NCBI GenBank assembly: GCA_973895155.1
Contig: OZ316895.1
Span: 14,550,548-14,614,547, forward strand
Direction of reading: 5' to 3'
Source: Marsupella aquatica
Lineage: Eukaryota > Plantae > Marchantiophyta
DNA length: 64,000 nt
In this document: one piece after another, positions 13,601 to 23,812 of the stretch
Position numbering within the stretch: position 1 is the stretch's first letter
Layout of the letters: each line of letters starts with the position of its first letter
The notes under the pieces: model-generated
What the model was told of the DNA's origin: nothing
Seen by the model: the letters and a program-made list of their open reading frames with translations, nothing else
Databases searched by the model: none
Position numbers and translations under genes: made by a program

Positions 13601-14475
13601 TTTGAAATCGCTTGGATTTGTGCGAAGCGTGTACGATCCATGTGTTTACATCAGGCGTGTGAACAACACAGAAAAGATATGCAGAGAAGGTACTCTCAAA
13701 ATTCAACATGGCAGATGCTAAGGCTGTGAGTGTTCCTTTGGCAAGGCATTTCAATATTTCTGCAACATTTTGTCCATCGGATGCGACAGAAAAAGGTTTG
13801 ATGTCCAAAGTTCCTTATGAAAGTGCTGTGGGTAGTTTAATGTATCTCATGGTATGCACCCGACCAGACATAGCTTATGCCGTTAGCAAGGTAAGCAGAT
13901 ATATGGCAAATCCAGGAAAAGTACATTGGGAAGCAGTGAAATGGATTTTGCGCTACATCAGAGGTTCCACTAAGAAGGGTTTATTGTTTGATGCAAGTTC
14001 AAACAATATGAAAGTGCTTCAAGGTTATGTGGATGCAGACTACGTAGGTGATCTGGATAAGAGAAGATCGACAACTGGATATGTATTTACACTTGCTGGT
14101 GGATGCATTAGTTGGAAGTCTACTCTCCAAAAGTGTGTTGCAAAGTCTACTATGGATGCCGAGTATGTAGCGGCAGCAGAAGCAGCATCAGAGACCATTT
14201 GGTTGAAAAAGCTTGTCAAAGAGATGGGCTTATCGCAAGATTCTGTGTATCTTCATTGTGACAGTCAAAGTGCAATTTACACTGCCAAGAATCAGGTGAT
14301 GGATGGCAGGGTAAAGCACATTGATGTCCGCTATCATTTCATCCGACAAGCATTATCGGATGATGAATTTGAGCTTGTCAAGATTGATGGAAAGCTTAAT
14401 CCAGCGGATGCTTTTACCAAAGTATTAGACTCCAATAGTTTTTCAAGGCATTGTAATTATTTACAAATATTGTAA
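10628..14475 (+). pseudogene. Copia gag-pol polyprotein, disrupted
   Basis: gag FEVEKFDG, zinc knuckle CWKCDKVGHMKKDC, protease WILDSACSYHM, LWHARLGH, integrase, RT FKARLVAKGF/QMDVVTAFL, RNase H YVDADY; stops at 11009, 11078, 12023, 12161, 12437, 12759; tata insertion near 12608; RT deletion near 13669. Confidence 0.95.
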
Positions 14476-14667
14476 ATAGAGTTAACCAAGAAAATGTCTC
14501 TATATGAGTACTCCATCCGATGGCTTATCGGCTACGGCTTAGTTCTAGTTAACCCTTGCATTAGGGGGAGGGCCTTTTGGCCTTACTGTCTTGAACTTCC
14601 CGCAGAGGAACTTGTAAGGAAAAGACAATATTATAAACCCTCCCAAGACGTGAGTCAAGGGGGAGTT

Positions 14668-14993
14668 TGTAGAGGTTAACTCAGTCTTGGGTTGAACTAT
14701 GATTAGGATGTTAACTAGGGTTAGAGTAAACCCTAGTTGAAGAGATTGATCCTTATCTCTTCAACTTGTATGTGGTGTGAGAACACACACAAGAGAGTTC
14801 TCAAGAGAGAACACAGGGATATAGCAAGAGATGAGAGCTTGAAGAGATGAGAGCTATGGTGATGCTTGAGTACACACATAACCGCTAATAAAGCTTGGTC
14901 TTCCCGTGGACGTAGCCAACCTTGAGGCGAACCACGTAACTATTGAGCACGTGTATGTTTGGAGTGTTCTTCCTGATCTGATTTCTCCCCACA
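14668..14993 (+). repeat. 3' LTR (326 bp)
   Basis: Preceded by the PPT, followed by the catca TSD. Confidence 0.95.
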
Positions 14994-16429
14994 CATCATG
15001 CCTTAAGTAAACGCAAAAACATGTGTCCAAAGTGTTTATGTCGCAACTAGTGGTTGGACAATGATGAGTATAGTGTCCCGCACACAATGGAGGGGTTCTC
15101 ACCTCTATGTGGGGCCCCATGGCACTCTAGGGCCCACCTCCAGCCCCTAGCCCCAAAGTGGTCATTTGTGCTTCTGCTTAATGACTGCACAATGGACCCC
15201 TCAAATGACCACAAATCTAGTCATTTGACTTACATGACAGCCCATATGACAGATTTAATAACCCTACTTGTAGTCATTGGTATTTATGACACCAATTTTT
15301 TCAGAAATGACCCAATGAAGATTACACTACCTCCTTGAGTGCCCCGTCACTATTCATTTGCAAAATAGAATATTCCCCATCCAAACACCGGGACAAACGT
15401 GACACAATTACATGGAAGGATGACAGCCTTGCACTACTTCTTGCAGAGACAAAAAAAATGGCTTCATTTCCTTTTAGATAGGATGGTATGCATGCATCAA
15501 TGGTGACACTTTTGGCAAATCACTCCAAAGTCGTATGACTTGGGAGTGATTTCCCCAAAGGTGCATCGTACCTTAAGTAAACGCAAAAACATGTGTCCAA
15601 AGTGTTTATGTCGCAACTAATGGTTGGACAATGATGAGTATAGTGTCTCGCACGCAGTGGAGGGGTTCTCACCTCTATGTGGGGCCACATGGCACTCTAG
15701 GGCCCACCTCTAGCCCCTAGCCCCAAACTGGTCATTTGTGCTTTTGCTTAATGACTACACAAGGGACCCCTCAACCCGCCCCTCAAATGACCACAACTAT
15801 AGTCATTAGACTTATATGACTTCCCACATGACAGTTTTAATGACCTTACTTGTACAGTCATTGGCATATATGATGGTCCATTGCTCACATATTACCCAAT
15901 AAAGGCCCTAGTACCTCCAAAGAGAGCCTGCTTTAGATTCCTTGCAAGGTTGGAATATTCCTCTTCCCTAAACCGGCACTCACACCATACAGAGAAGCAC
16001 AATTCCCCTGCCCATTCCATTGGTGCAGCACTACCTCTTGGAGAACCCAAAAACAATTTGTATTTGCCTTTGGATGTGATGGTATGCATCCATGGTGATA
16101 GTTTTGGCAAATCACTCCAAAGTCGTACGACTTGGGAGTGATTTCTCCAAAGGTGCATCATGCCTTAAGTAAATGCAAAGACATGTGTTCAAATTGCTAA
16201 TGCTGCAACTAGTGGTTGGACAATGATGAGTATAGTGTCCCGCACCAAGTGGAGGGGTTCTCACCTCTATGTAGGGCCCATGACACACTCGGGCCCACCT
16301 TAAGCTCGTAGACCAAAATGGTCATTTATGCTGGTCCATAATGACACCATGAGGGATGTCTTGAATGACAACTTATATCTAGTCATTTGGTCAAAATGAC
16401 CTCTAATGTGACCACTGACATTACCCTTA

Positions 16430-17185
16430 TTGTAGTCATTGGCATTCTTCAATGACTCTACAATTATGACCGGTGTCTGGAATGACTATTGAGTATTTTA
16501 ATCTTGATATCTCTTGGGTTCTTTAATGACTCTATAAGTAATCATTTATGCAATAAGTCCATAATGACTGTATGTTATTGTAACCATTGATATATCGTGA
16601 TTTTTAGATTGACCCTATATTTAGTCATTTATGCGACAAGTCCATAATGACAGTGTGTTGTCATAAACACTGATAATTTCTAATTTCAAGATTGACCCTA
16701 GAGTTAGTCATTTATGAGAGAAGTCCATAATGACGGTATTTTGTTGTAAACACTGATATATTCTTATTTTGAGATTGACCCTAGATTTTGTCATTTAACA
16801 CCGTTGGTTAAAATGACGGAAATACATTTTTGTCATTTATCACCGTTGTCCAAAATGACCCAAATAGATTTTTGGTCATTTCAATCATTGTCCAAAGTGA
16901 CTATAATGGTGCTAAACACTGATTTATCATTGTTGTTATTTATTGTGTCATTTAGGACATGTGTCTAAATTGACCATTTTAGGAAAATTGTGTCATTTTG
17001 GTCGCATCAGTCATTACAGATATTATACAAAATGACGCAAAAGTTATCATTTTGTCATTTCAGTCTATTGGTCATTGTGGACAGTCATTCTCCCGTCATT
17101 CTTTTTGTGTCATTAGAAATTTTGGTCATTGATTCATTTCCGTCATTAGGTGATTGGTCATAAAGGGCCCTGTTTTCTTCTAGTG
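16430..17185. mobile_element. Terminus of a CACTA (En/Spm) transposon with dense subterminal repeats
   Basis: Ends ...gggccctgttttcttcTAGTG (reverse complement CACTAGAAGAAAA) at 17185; dozens of gtcatt/aatgac motifs in both orientations whose dense occurrence ends there; partner TIR not found in the window. Confidence 0.8.
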
Positions 17186-18577
17186 ATAGTTAAGGCAAGT
17201 TTTTAATTACTTATAACACCATATATCAAATTGACCATGTGAAGTTTCATTTTAAATTAGTCTACCTCTTGTACCTCACAAATCAAAGAATCCAAAGATG
17301 TAACTTAAAAAAAAAGTAACCAAATTTTTTTATGTGGAAAAACTTGCTAAAAACCAAATTATATGGCTTTTTTTCAGGATTTTTATTAACATTTTAAAAA
17401 TCCTTTAATAAAGATTACAGCAAGTTTAGAAATATTTTTTAATCTTATGTGGGAAAAGAAGAAACCCAAAATTCATATAAGACTCAACTTTATCTCGAGT
17501 GTTAATTAATGTTTATTATAGCCAACCTTTTAGTCCATATAAGAATGTAGACCCCTGTCTATTATACAAGAGTTGCATACCCGGGGAGTCAACGGGCAGG
17601 TCAATGCATTGGTCTGGAGACCTGATTCTAATAATAGCTTTATGTTGCGTATTGCCATCTAGATGCACTCAAAAGTTTCTATTGAGGGCACTTTACAAGA
17701 TAAAATGAGTAGTCATTTGGGTAAGTCACTTTCCTCAAAGCAATTGGCCAAACCAGAATAACAAAATAAAATCAATATATGGCTATAGGAAAATGAAAAT
17801 TAATCTGTGTGGAAGATCTACAATAAACAAAGTCAGCTAAAATTTAGGATGTGTTCTTTGTCATATTTCTAGTCAGACCACTTTTGGTCCAGCCCTAAAT
17901 ATTAGACCAAGAGTATCTGACACAGGCATAGAAAGCAACATATAAGTAAGGATCGGTTGCACTCCAACTACTGAGGAACTAGGTAAAATTTGGTTGACCC
18001 GATTCTGTATAGTATCTACAATGAAGGGTCACAATGTGCGTTACAGTGTGTGCTCACTTGCACTTCAATCTCTCCCCTCCTAAGTATACCAGACACTCCA
18101 AAGGAGCAAAAAGTGCCAATTAAATCTTTACAAACCATCCCGGCCAGAGGTAGGAGACCCAATAACGATGAGAAAACAAGGGAAAAGCCCACTCGTATCA
18201 AAGAGCCAAAAAGCCCTCATTGCCTCACATTCCTCTGACTACACCTACACCCGCACCTACACTACAGAAACCTTCTTGTCTCTATTTTTTTCAAAGCTTT
18301 AAGAGAGAAAACCTTTGAGTTCACAAAGTAGATGACGACATGATGTAAAGTTTTCTAATATGGGATTCATCTGGCCTGTGGTTCTGATTGCTTTTTACTG
18401 TCAATAGAATACACATTCGGGTACAGTCAAAACCAAAACAAGTCAATAAAGTTTAAATGCACATTTGCTTTTTGAATTGCTTTGGTGTTAAATGCTGGAA
18501 TATATATTTTCTCGATTATTTATCTTGTACACAACCAGAACTTTGTGATTTTTGTTGCATTGTGCCCCTGTCATTTT

Positions 18578-18969
18578 TTTTTGGTGTGCCTTGAATGCAG
18601 AAAGACCCATCCAACAGATAATCATTTTTTTTGGTGCCTTGAAAGCCGACCCATCCAACAATAGAGGATAGATGTTTTGCTCCTGAGCATGCAATTTTAT
18701 GTAGGGTAGTCACAAGAGGATGTTGGCTAGAAATCCAACAGGCACCAGACCAGGAGAGAGAGAGAGGGTTGAACCCAGGGCCCCAAACTAGATTAGCCAT
18801 GGGCTGAGGAGAAACCATGACTCCCACCACTACACACCACCCACACTTACACACACCTTTTGCACCTACCCGGGCACCTACTGCTTGCTAGTAGATTGGG
18901 GGAGATTGAAACTGGGACCTCTCGGTTCTAGGCTGATCCCCTGGCCAACTAACCAAAAGTCTGGGCTCG
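18578..18969 (-). mobile_element. tRNA-derived SINE
   Basis: TSD tgtcatttt (18569-18577, 18970-18978), minus-strand A-rich tail, degenerate A/B boxes (ttggttagttgg..gtttcaatc), ~50 bp duplicated 3' segment; homologous to 54105-54436. Confidence 0.75.
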
Positions 18970-19042
18970 TGTCATTTTCTCCACAAGGTGCCAGGTGGTC
19001 CTTACTACTTTCTAGGGGGACAAGTAACTATAAGTATCCTGG

Positions 19043-19186
19043 TGTTATGAGTCATCTAGCCCCAGACTAGACTAGAGTCACTATACCATGGTTATACCTT
19101 AACCATACCTGTACACACATATATATAAAGCAGAACCGTGACCCTAATCAGTATCTGATTCATTCTCAATTCATTCTCTCTTAACA
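19043..19186 (+). repeat. 5' LTR (144 bp)
   Basis: Direct repeat of 38256-38403. Confidence 0.95.
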
Positions 19187-19201
19187 CGTTATCAGCACGA
19201 C
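19187..19201 (+). promoter_or_regulatory. Non-canonical PBS complementary to the tRNA-Ile anticodon arm
   Basis: Reverse complement gtcgtgctgataacg matches tRNA-Ile(AAU/IAU) GUCGUGCU(I)AUAACG as recalled from memory. Confidence 0.7.
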
Positions 19202-22200
19202 TCTCGGAGGCTGAGCACTTGAACCTTTTTTTAGGGATTCGACAAGTGACAAAAATTAGACACTTGAGGGAATCCCAAGACAAAATCCCTTCAAGGAAAC
19301 CTTCATTTGAGAGTCCATGTCAACCTGGTGTTGGAAATTGATGGAGTATCCTCTGTGAGAAACTAACTCCCAAGAAATTAGAAGAAGCAAAATCAGAAGG
19401 AGAGGCTGACCAGACAAAGAGTCGAACCCCTGGATTGACCCTTGTGGGATCATTAAAGCTTTAGAGGAATTGATTCTGAAATGCAAGATTGAAAGTACGC
19501 AGCATGATTTATGGAAGGAGGAGAAGAAACACTGCAGCGCAAAGTCCATAGAAAAACCAGGATAAAGCTTGGGCTGGAGGCCTCATTCACAATTGGAGGA
19601 CTCAAAAGGAGTGTCACACCTGAATTTGTTACAAAATGATCGTTCTCAAGGAAAGTTCTTTGAGCATTGGGTTGATGATTTAGTTATTTGATATGTTTGA
19701 CATAGAAACCACATCATAGCTTTATAATATTAAGTGACCCATATGTTTTTTGAAAGCTCTAAGGTTTCCTGTTTCCTCTCGCAAGATATTTGTCAGGACT
19801 GGTCACACAAAAAGTCACAATACTTGATCTCCCAAAAGGACTGCAAGTTTTAATTTTTTTTCTAGTAACAAGTTTTGAGGGTATGCATAGGGAGACACTA
19901 CATGATGTCCTATCAAAATGGAACCAAAAAAGTCATTAGTTTGAATTAGCAGGAAAGAAATGAACAGGAATTTAGGGCTCAGTTAGGGCCATTTCCGCCA
20001 GGACAACTTCAAAATTTTGTTTTTGAGATTTCTTTGCATTTCCAAGTACCCTATAACATGATTAAGAATGTGATGAATCTATATGAAAATTTTGACTTTG
20101 TATGTAATCGCAAATACCAAATGGAAAGGATTCAGGAGTTCTCCCTAAAAGTCCTTCCCATTCCTTTCTCATACTCAAAGTCAGGACTATCGAAAGATCT
20201 GATCCGTTCATTTAAAATGTTTGTTTAATCGGGACGGTGTGGATGCAAGGTTCTTTGAATCCTTTCTAGTTCTAACAGTAACTCTACTATCCATGTCGTT
20301 TTCCACTACGGGGCCGGTGCTTCCCGCTTAGAGTTCCCTGCCAGCATTATCGGGATTCAAAGGGAGTCAATCTTTATTCTCGCTCTGTGTTATCCTCTGT
20401 GCGCTAGCATTAGCTGGTTTTAGAAGGAGTTGATTCACATTTCAATGGAGAAGGCCCTTGAGATAATGGACTGATTTCAATGTTGCCCGTTCAACGCTGC
20501 AAGTGAGGGGACAATGGCAGAACAAAATGGCCTGGTTGGAAGTTGAACAAAACTGAGAGAGGGACTATCTCGACGTAGAAGCGAAGCGTCAATGGCAAAA
20601 CTAAGGTGTACGTGCTGGTCAATGGCGGAGAACTATGTACAGAGAGCTCTCATAGGACATTGAGCTGTTTTGGGAGAGGATCGAATTGAGGCAACGGAAA
20701 TGGTAGGGCAGGCCACAATGCAGAGCCGCTACCCTCTCAAGGTAGGCTATACCTAAATGGGCTCACCATTCGTATTTATTTACTTCAACTGAAATTGCTC
20801 GAAAGTCATGGGAATTTTTGCTTGTATTATGTTTGCTTCAAGAATCTATACAAAAGTGGGCATTCTCTAGAGAGCATTCACGGATCAGAACTGTTGTAAT
20901 GGTGTCCCTATGAGTTGCATGAAAATAAGTCACAAGCTTTGTCTTTTGGACTTGCATCCGAAGTTGTCCTTGCTTACAATCCAGACAGTCCAAGTTAACT
21001 GAAGAAATCTGCATTCGGGCAACGTCTAGGATAAGGAAAACTGCTACTATTCAAGGTTTAGGGTTATGGTAGATATTTTTAAAATGGATCGGAGGAAATT
21101 GACATACCATAGAGGTTCCAGGTAAGATAATGTTTGGAGCGGCTTGAAGCGAAGCGACTTTTGGCAAAGCGGAGTGCCTTTCTTTAAGCGGAGAGCCTTT
21201 CAGCGCCTTTAGTTGCAGCATGCGCATGGGGTGAAAGATTGCGTATCAAAATAATACTAACCCAATGTTGAGAGTGCTATGTGCAATCAATAACTGGTGC
21301 CTCAGCTTGCCAGACTGTAGGTTCTCGACTACTAAAGGTGCCCAGTGCCATCAACACACAATGATGTTGGACCATTTCCCTGCCCAATGAGCCGGTTGAT
21401 CGCAGCTGTGCAACTGCTTACAGCCCACGACCTTAAATGTTGATCAGACGCCGCCTTCAGTTGAGGTATTAAATTTTCTATTACCTACTTACCCATCCCT
21501 CTGCTGCGGCGCTCTAAACTGAAATGAAAGAAATTGTCTACTATATATCTTGCTGAGATAGTAGACTGTAGCCCCAAACTTGCCATTGCCGGTCCAAAAG
21601 CAATGGTTCCCACTAGCTGAATGCGGAGCTTTTCGGACCTATAGTTTGATACTATTTACGGTTCTTCCTTTGCATATAAAAGTGAGAAAATCAGAGAAAA
21701 ATCCAACAACCAAGTCCAAGGGGGAGTCTAGTGTCGATGCCAATGATCCTCTCGATCTGGCCATGCAACGGCATACATCTTCACAACCAAGAGGATCACA
21801 CTGCGCCAGAAGAAGCTTCCGGCCAATGATCTCGTGAAACGACAGGTTTCTCCCATGTCTGTCTGTTTGACACTTTGACTCTTGAAGCTTGGACTCCAAG
21901 CGGCCATGCTCACCACAAACCTAGTGAGCCAAGTGGCCACAATCTCCTAATAGTCGTTGCATTTCCATTTCCATTTCCATTTCATTTATAAGAATCATCT
22001 CCGAGTCGTTCATGTAGCAATCACTGGCACACTCTGGCACAATAGTCGTTGCAAAGAATGTGAACTGCTTGACAATGTGCTAATCAATCAATCCATCGTT
22101 TGGAGATTGGTTTGTTGAATCTGAGAGGTTCAGCGTTTTCCAGAACTGTTTGAGAGGTGGGCTTTCTGTATGATCTGTTTGTTGTGTTGTTGCCTCTTTT

Positions 22201-23107
22201 GTCTCTGTTTTTTTATGGTGTTCGTGGGTTTTTGCCTTTTTCTGAATCATTTCTCTTGGCTTCATGAACTTTGAAATTCCAATGCATTTGCCTATTAGGC
22301 TGACGTGCAAATGCCCATTTGCTAATTGGAGGTTTCATTTATCAGTAGCCTACTTTATGGTGTGGGCTAAGATAACTTTGATTTTCACATGTTCACCCCG
22401 GCCTTAGATATGTAGTTTTCCCAATCAAAGGACTGTCAGACGATCCAGTAGATCTTGTTTTGGTGAGACAACTTTTTCAATATGCCCGCTCATCTTCTGT
22501 ATCATTTCCAAATACTCAACGTAACGGACATTCGATTCTCTCTGTGGAGATGGATTTCTATTGTTTCCTGCTCATCTATCCCTTATGCTGTTATGGAGTT
22601 CATTGTAGTACTTGATTGCTCCTTATCTCTCCTTTGATGGTAGTATGCTTAGAACTAGATTTGTTTATCAACTCACGCAGGCACAATTCATCACCGGCCG
22701 TTTAGGACTTTTCAAGCTCACACTCGACTTGGATTTTGGGCCCAACTAGGATAATTTCCGGTTGAATTCACTTGTTGATGATTAATTCGATGCAGTTTGT
22801 GTCCGAATTTGCTTTGATGTAATTTTTCAACATCAATGATTGTTCTTCCCTGGTCAACTCCCGGCATTGTGCCTTTTATGCTTTGTCCAACACTTATGGG
22901 GCCCGACTTTTAGAGATGGGTCCTTGTGCCATTGATCATCTTGTATGTGGAGTAAGAATGAAGTTATTTTGAGCCTTGTCCAGTGTCTACCATGATGCTC
23001 TGCTTTGATTCACAGGGATAAGAGATCAGTCAAACGGAGGCAGATGGTCTAAGCCCATCACTATCTTGCTACCCTAGCACGACTACTGCATCCCTCGGTA
23101 GTTTGGA

Positions 23108-23296
23108 ATGCCTTCAAGGTCAAGGACTAGAATGAGGATGAAATTGGTGGCAAGGGAGAGGAAGCAAGTCGACTGCAAAGCTCAAGCCGTAGAGACACCG
23201 TCACAGCAAGAGCTTGAGACCGTGCCATTAGGACAGACTGATGTGCAAGTGCCTAAGCTTGGAGTGGAGGCTTGGTCTTGGGGAGATGCTTTTTTT
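23108..23296 (+). pseudogene. N-terminal fragment of a plastid aldo-keto reductase
   Basis: Transit-peptide-like stretch, then ETVPLGQTDVQVPKLGVEAWSWGD (AKR consensus LGxSDLxVxKLGIGAWSWGD); truncated immediately after. Confidence 0.75.
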
Positions 23297-23812
23297 GTGG
23301 CATGAGGGCGGCTGGGATGGTGAGTGCCTCGTTGCTCTACTTCTTTGCCCTGATCACTAGCTTCTGGACAGTTGGACTTCAAAAATCAGTAAATATTGAG
23401 AGGAACGTTTTATCCGATTACGTAGTAGTTTCTCCTGGCTATATTATGTTTCCATCCTTCCCCTAACATGCCTCATTCTATTTGAAATGCAAATGAATAA
23501 TAAATTTTAAGTATGTTGTTTAATCTAGAATTTGGATAGGTTCGATCCCATGAAACTCAGCCAGGTTCCTTGCTCCCATCTATTTTTTCTTTCATTATGT
23601 TGATTCAGTCTATTGTTTTTGGAATAATTTCTTCTTTTAACATGGTATTGCTTTCATAGCAGGAGAGGCAGTGACGGGTAGCTCAGGCACAAAATCCATT
23701 TGAAGGAGTTAGGAGGAAACATCCTCACTTGGCTACATGCAGTTTATCTTCAAGATCATTCTGGGTAGTTGACTTAGAGACCTGAGACTGAAGCTCTGAT
23801 TGTATTGCATCA

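Larger units (their letters stand above)
9096..14993 (+). mobile_element. Ty1/copia LTR retrotransposon (Tork/Tnt1-like) with both LTRs, defective
   Basis: TG..CA LTRs 9096-9457 and 14668-14993, catca 5 bp TSD on both sides, PBS tggtatcagagc, PPT aaggggga, copia domain order gag-PR-IN-RT-RH. Confidence 0.97.
5120..16460. repeat. Tandem array of ~560-590 bp diverged units (roughly 9-10 copies), interrupted by a MITE and a copia element
   Basis: Recurring unit ggcaaatcactccaaagtcgtatgacttgggagtgatttccccaa...caactagtggttgga...ggcactctagggcccacc...aaatgacc; hairpin landmarks at 7341, 7925, 8485, 9044, 15517, 16109; rich in aatgac/gtcatt. Confidence 0.9.

Noticed and set aside
7341-16144. Regularly spaced 36 bp palindromic repeats resembling a CRISPR array
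   Set aside because: Intervening sequences are ~540 bp and homologous to each other, no cas genes are present, and the context is eukaryotic
6871-16161. Recurring 60-160 aa ORFs in the tandem array
   Set aside because: Frames and stops differ between units and no domain is recognisable; by-products of the repeat
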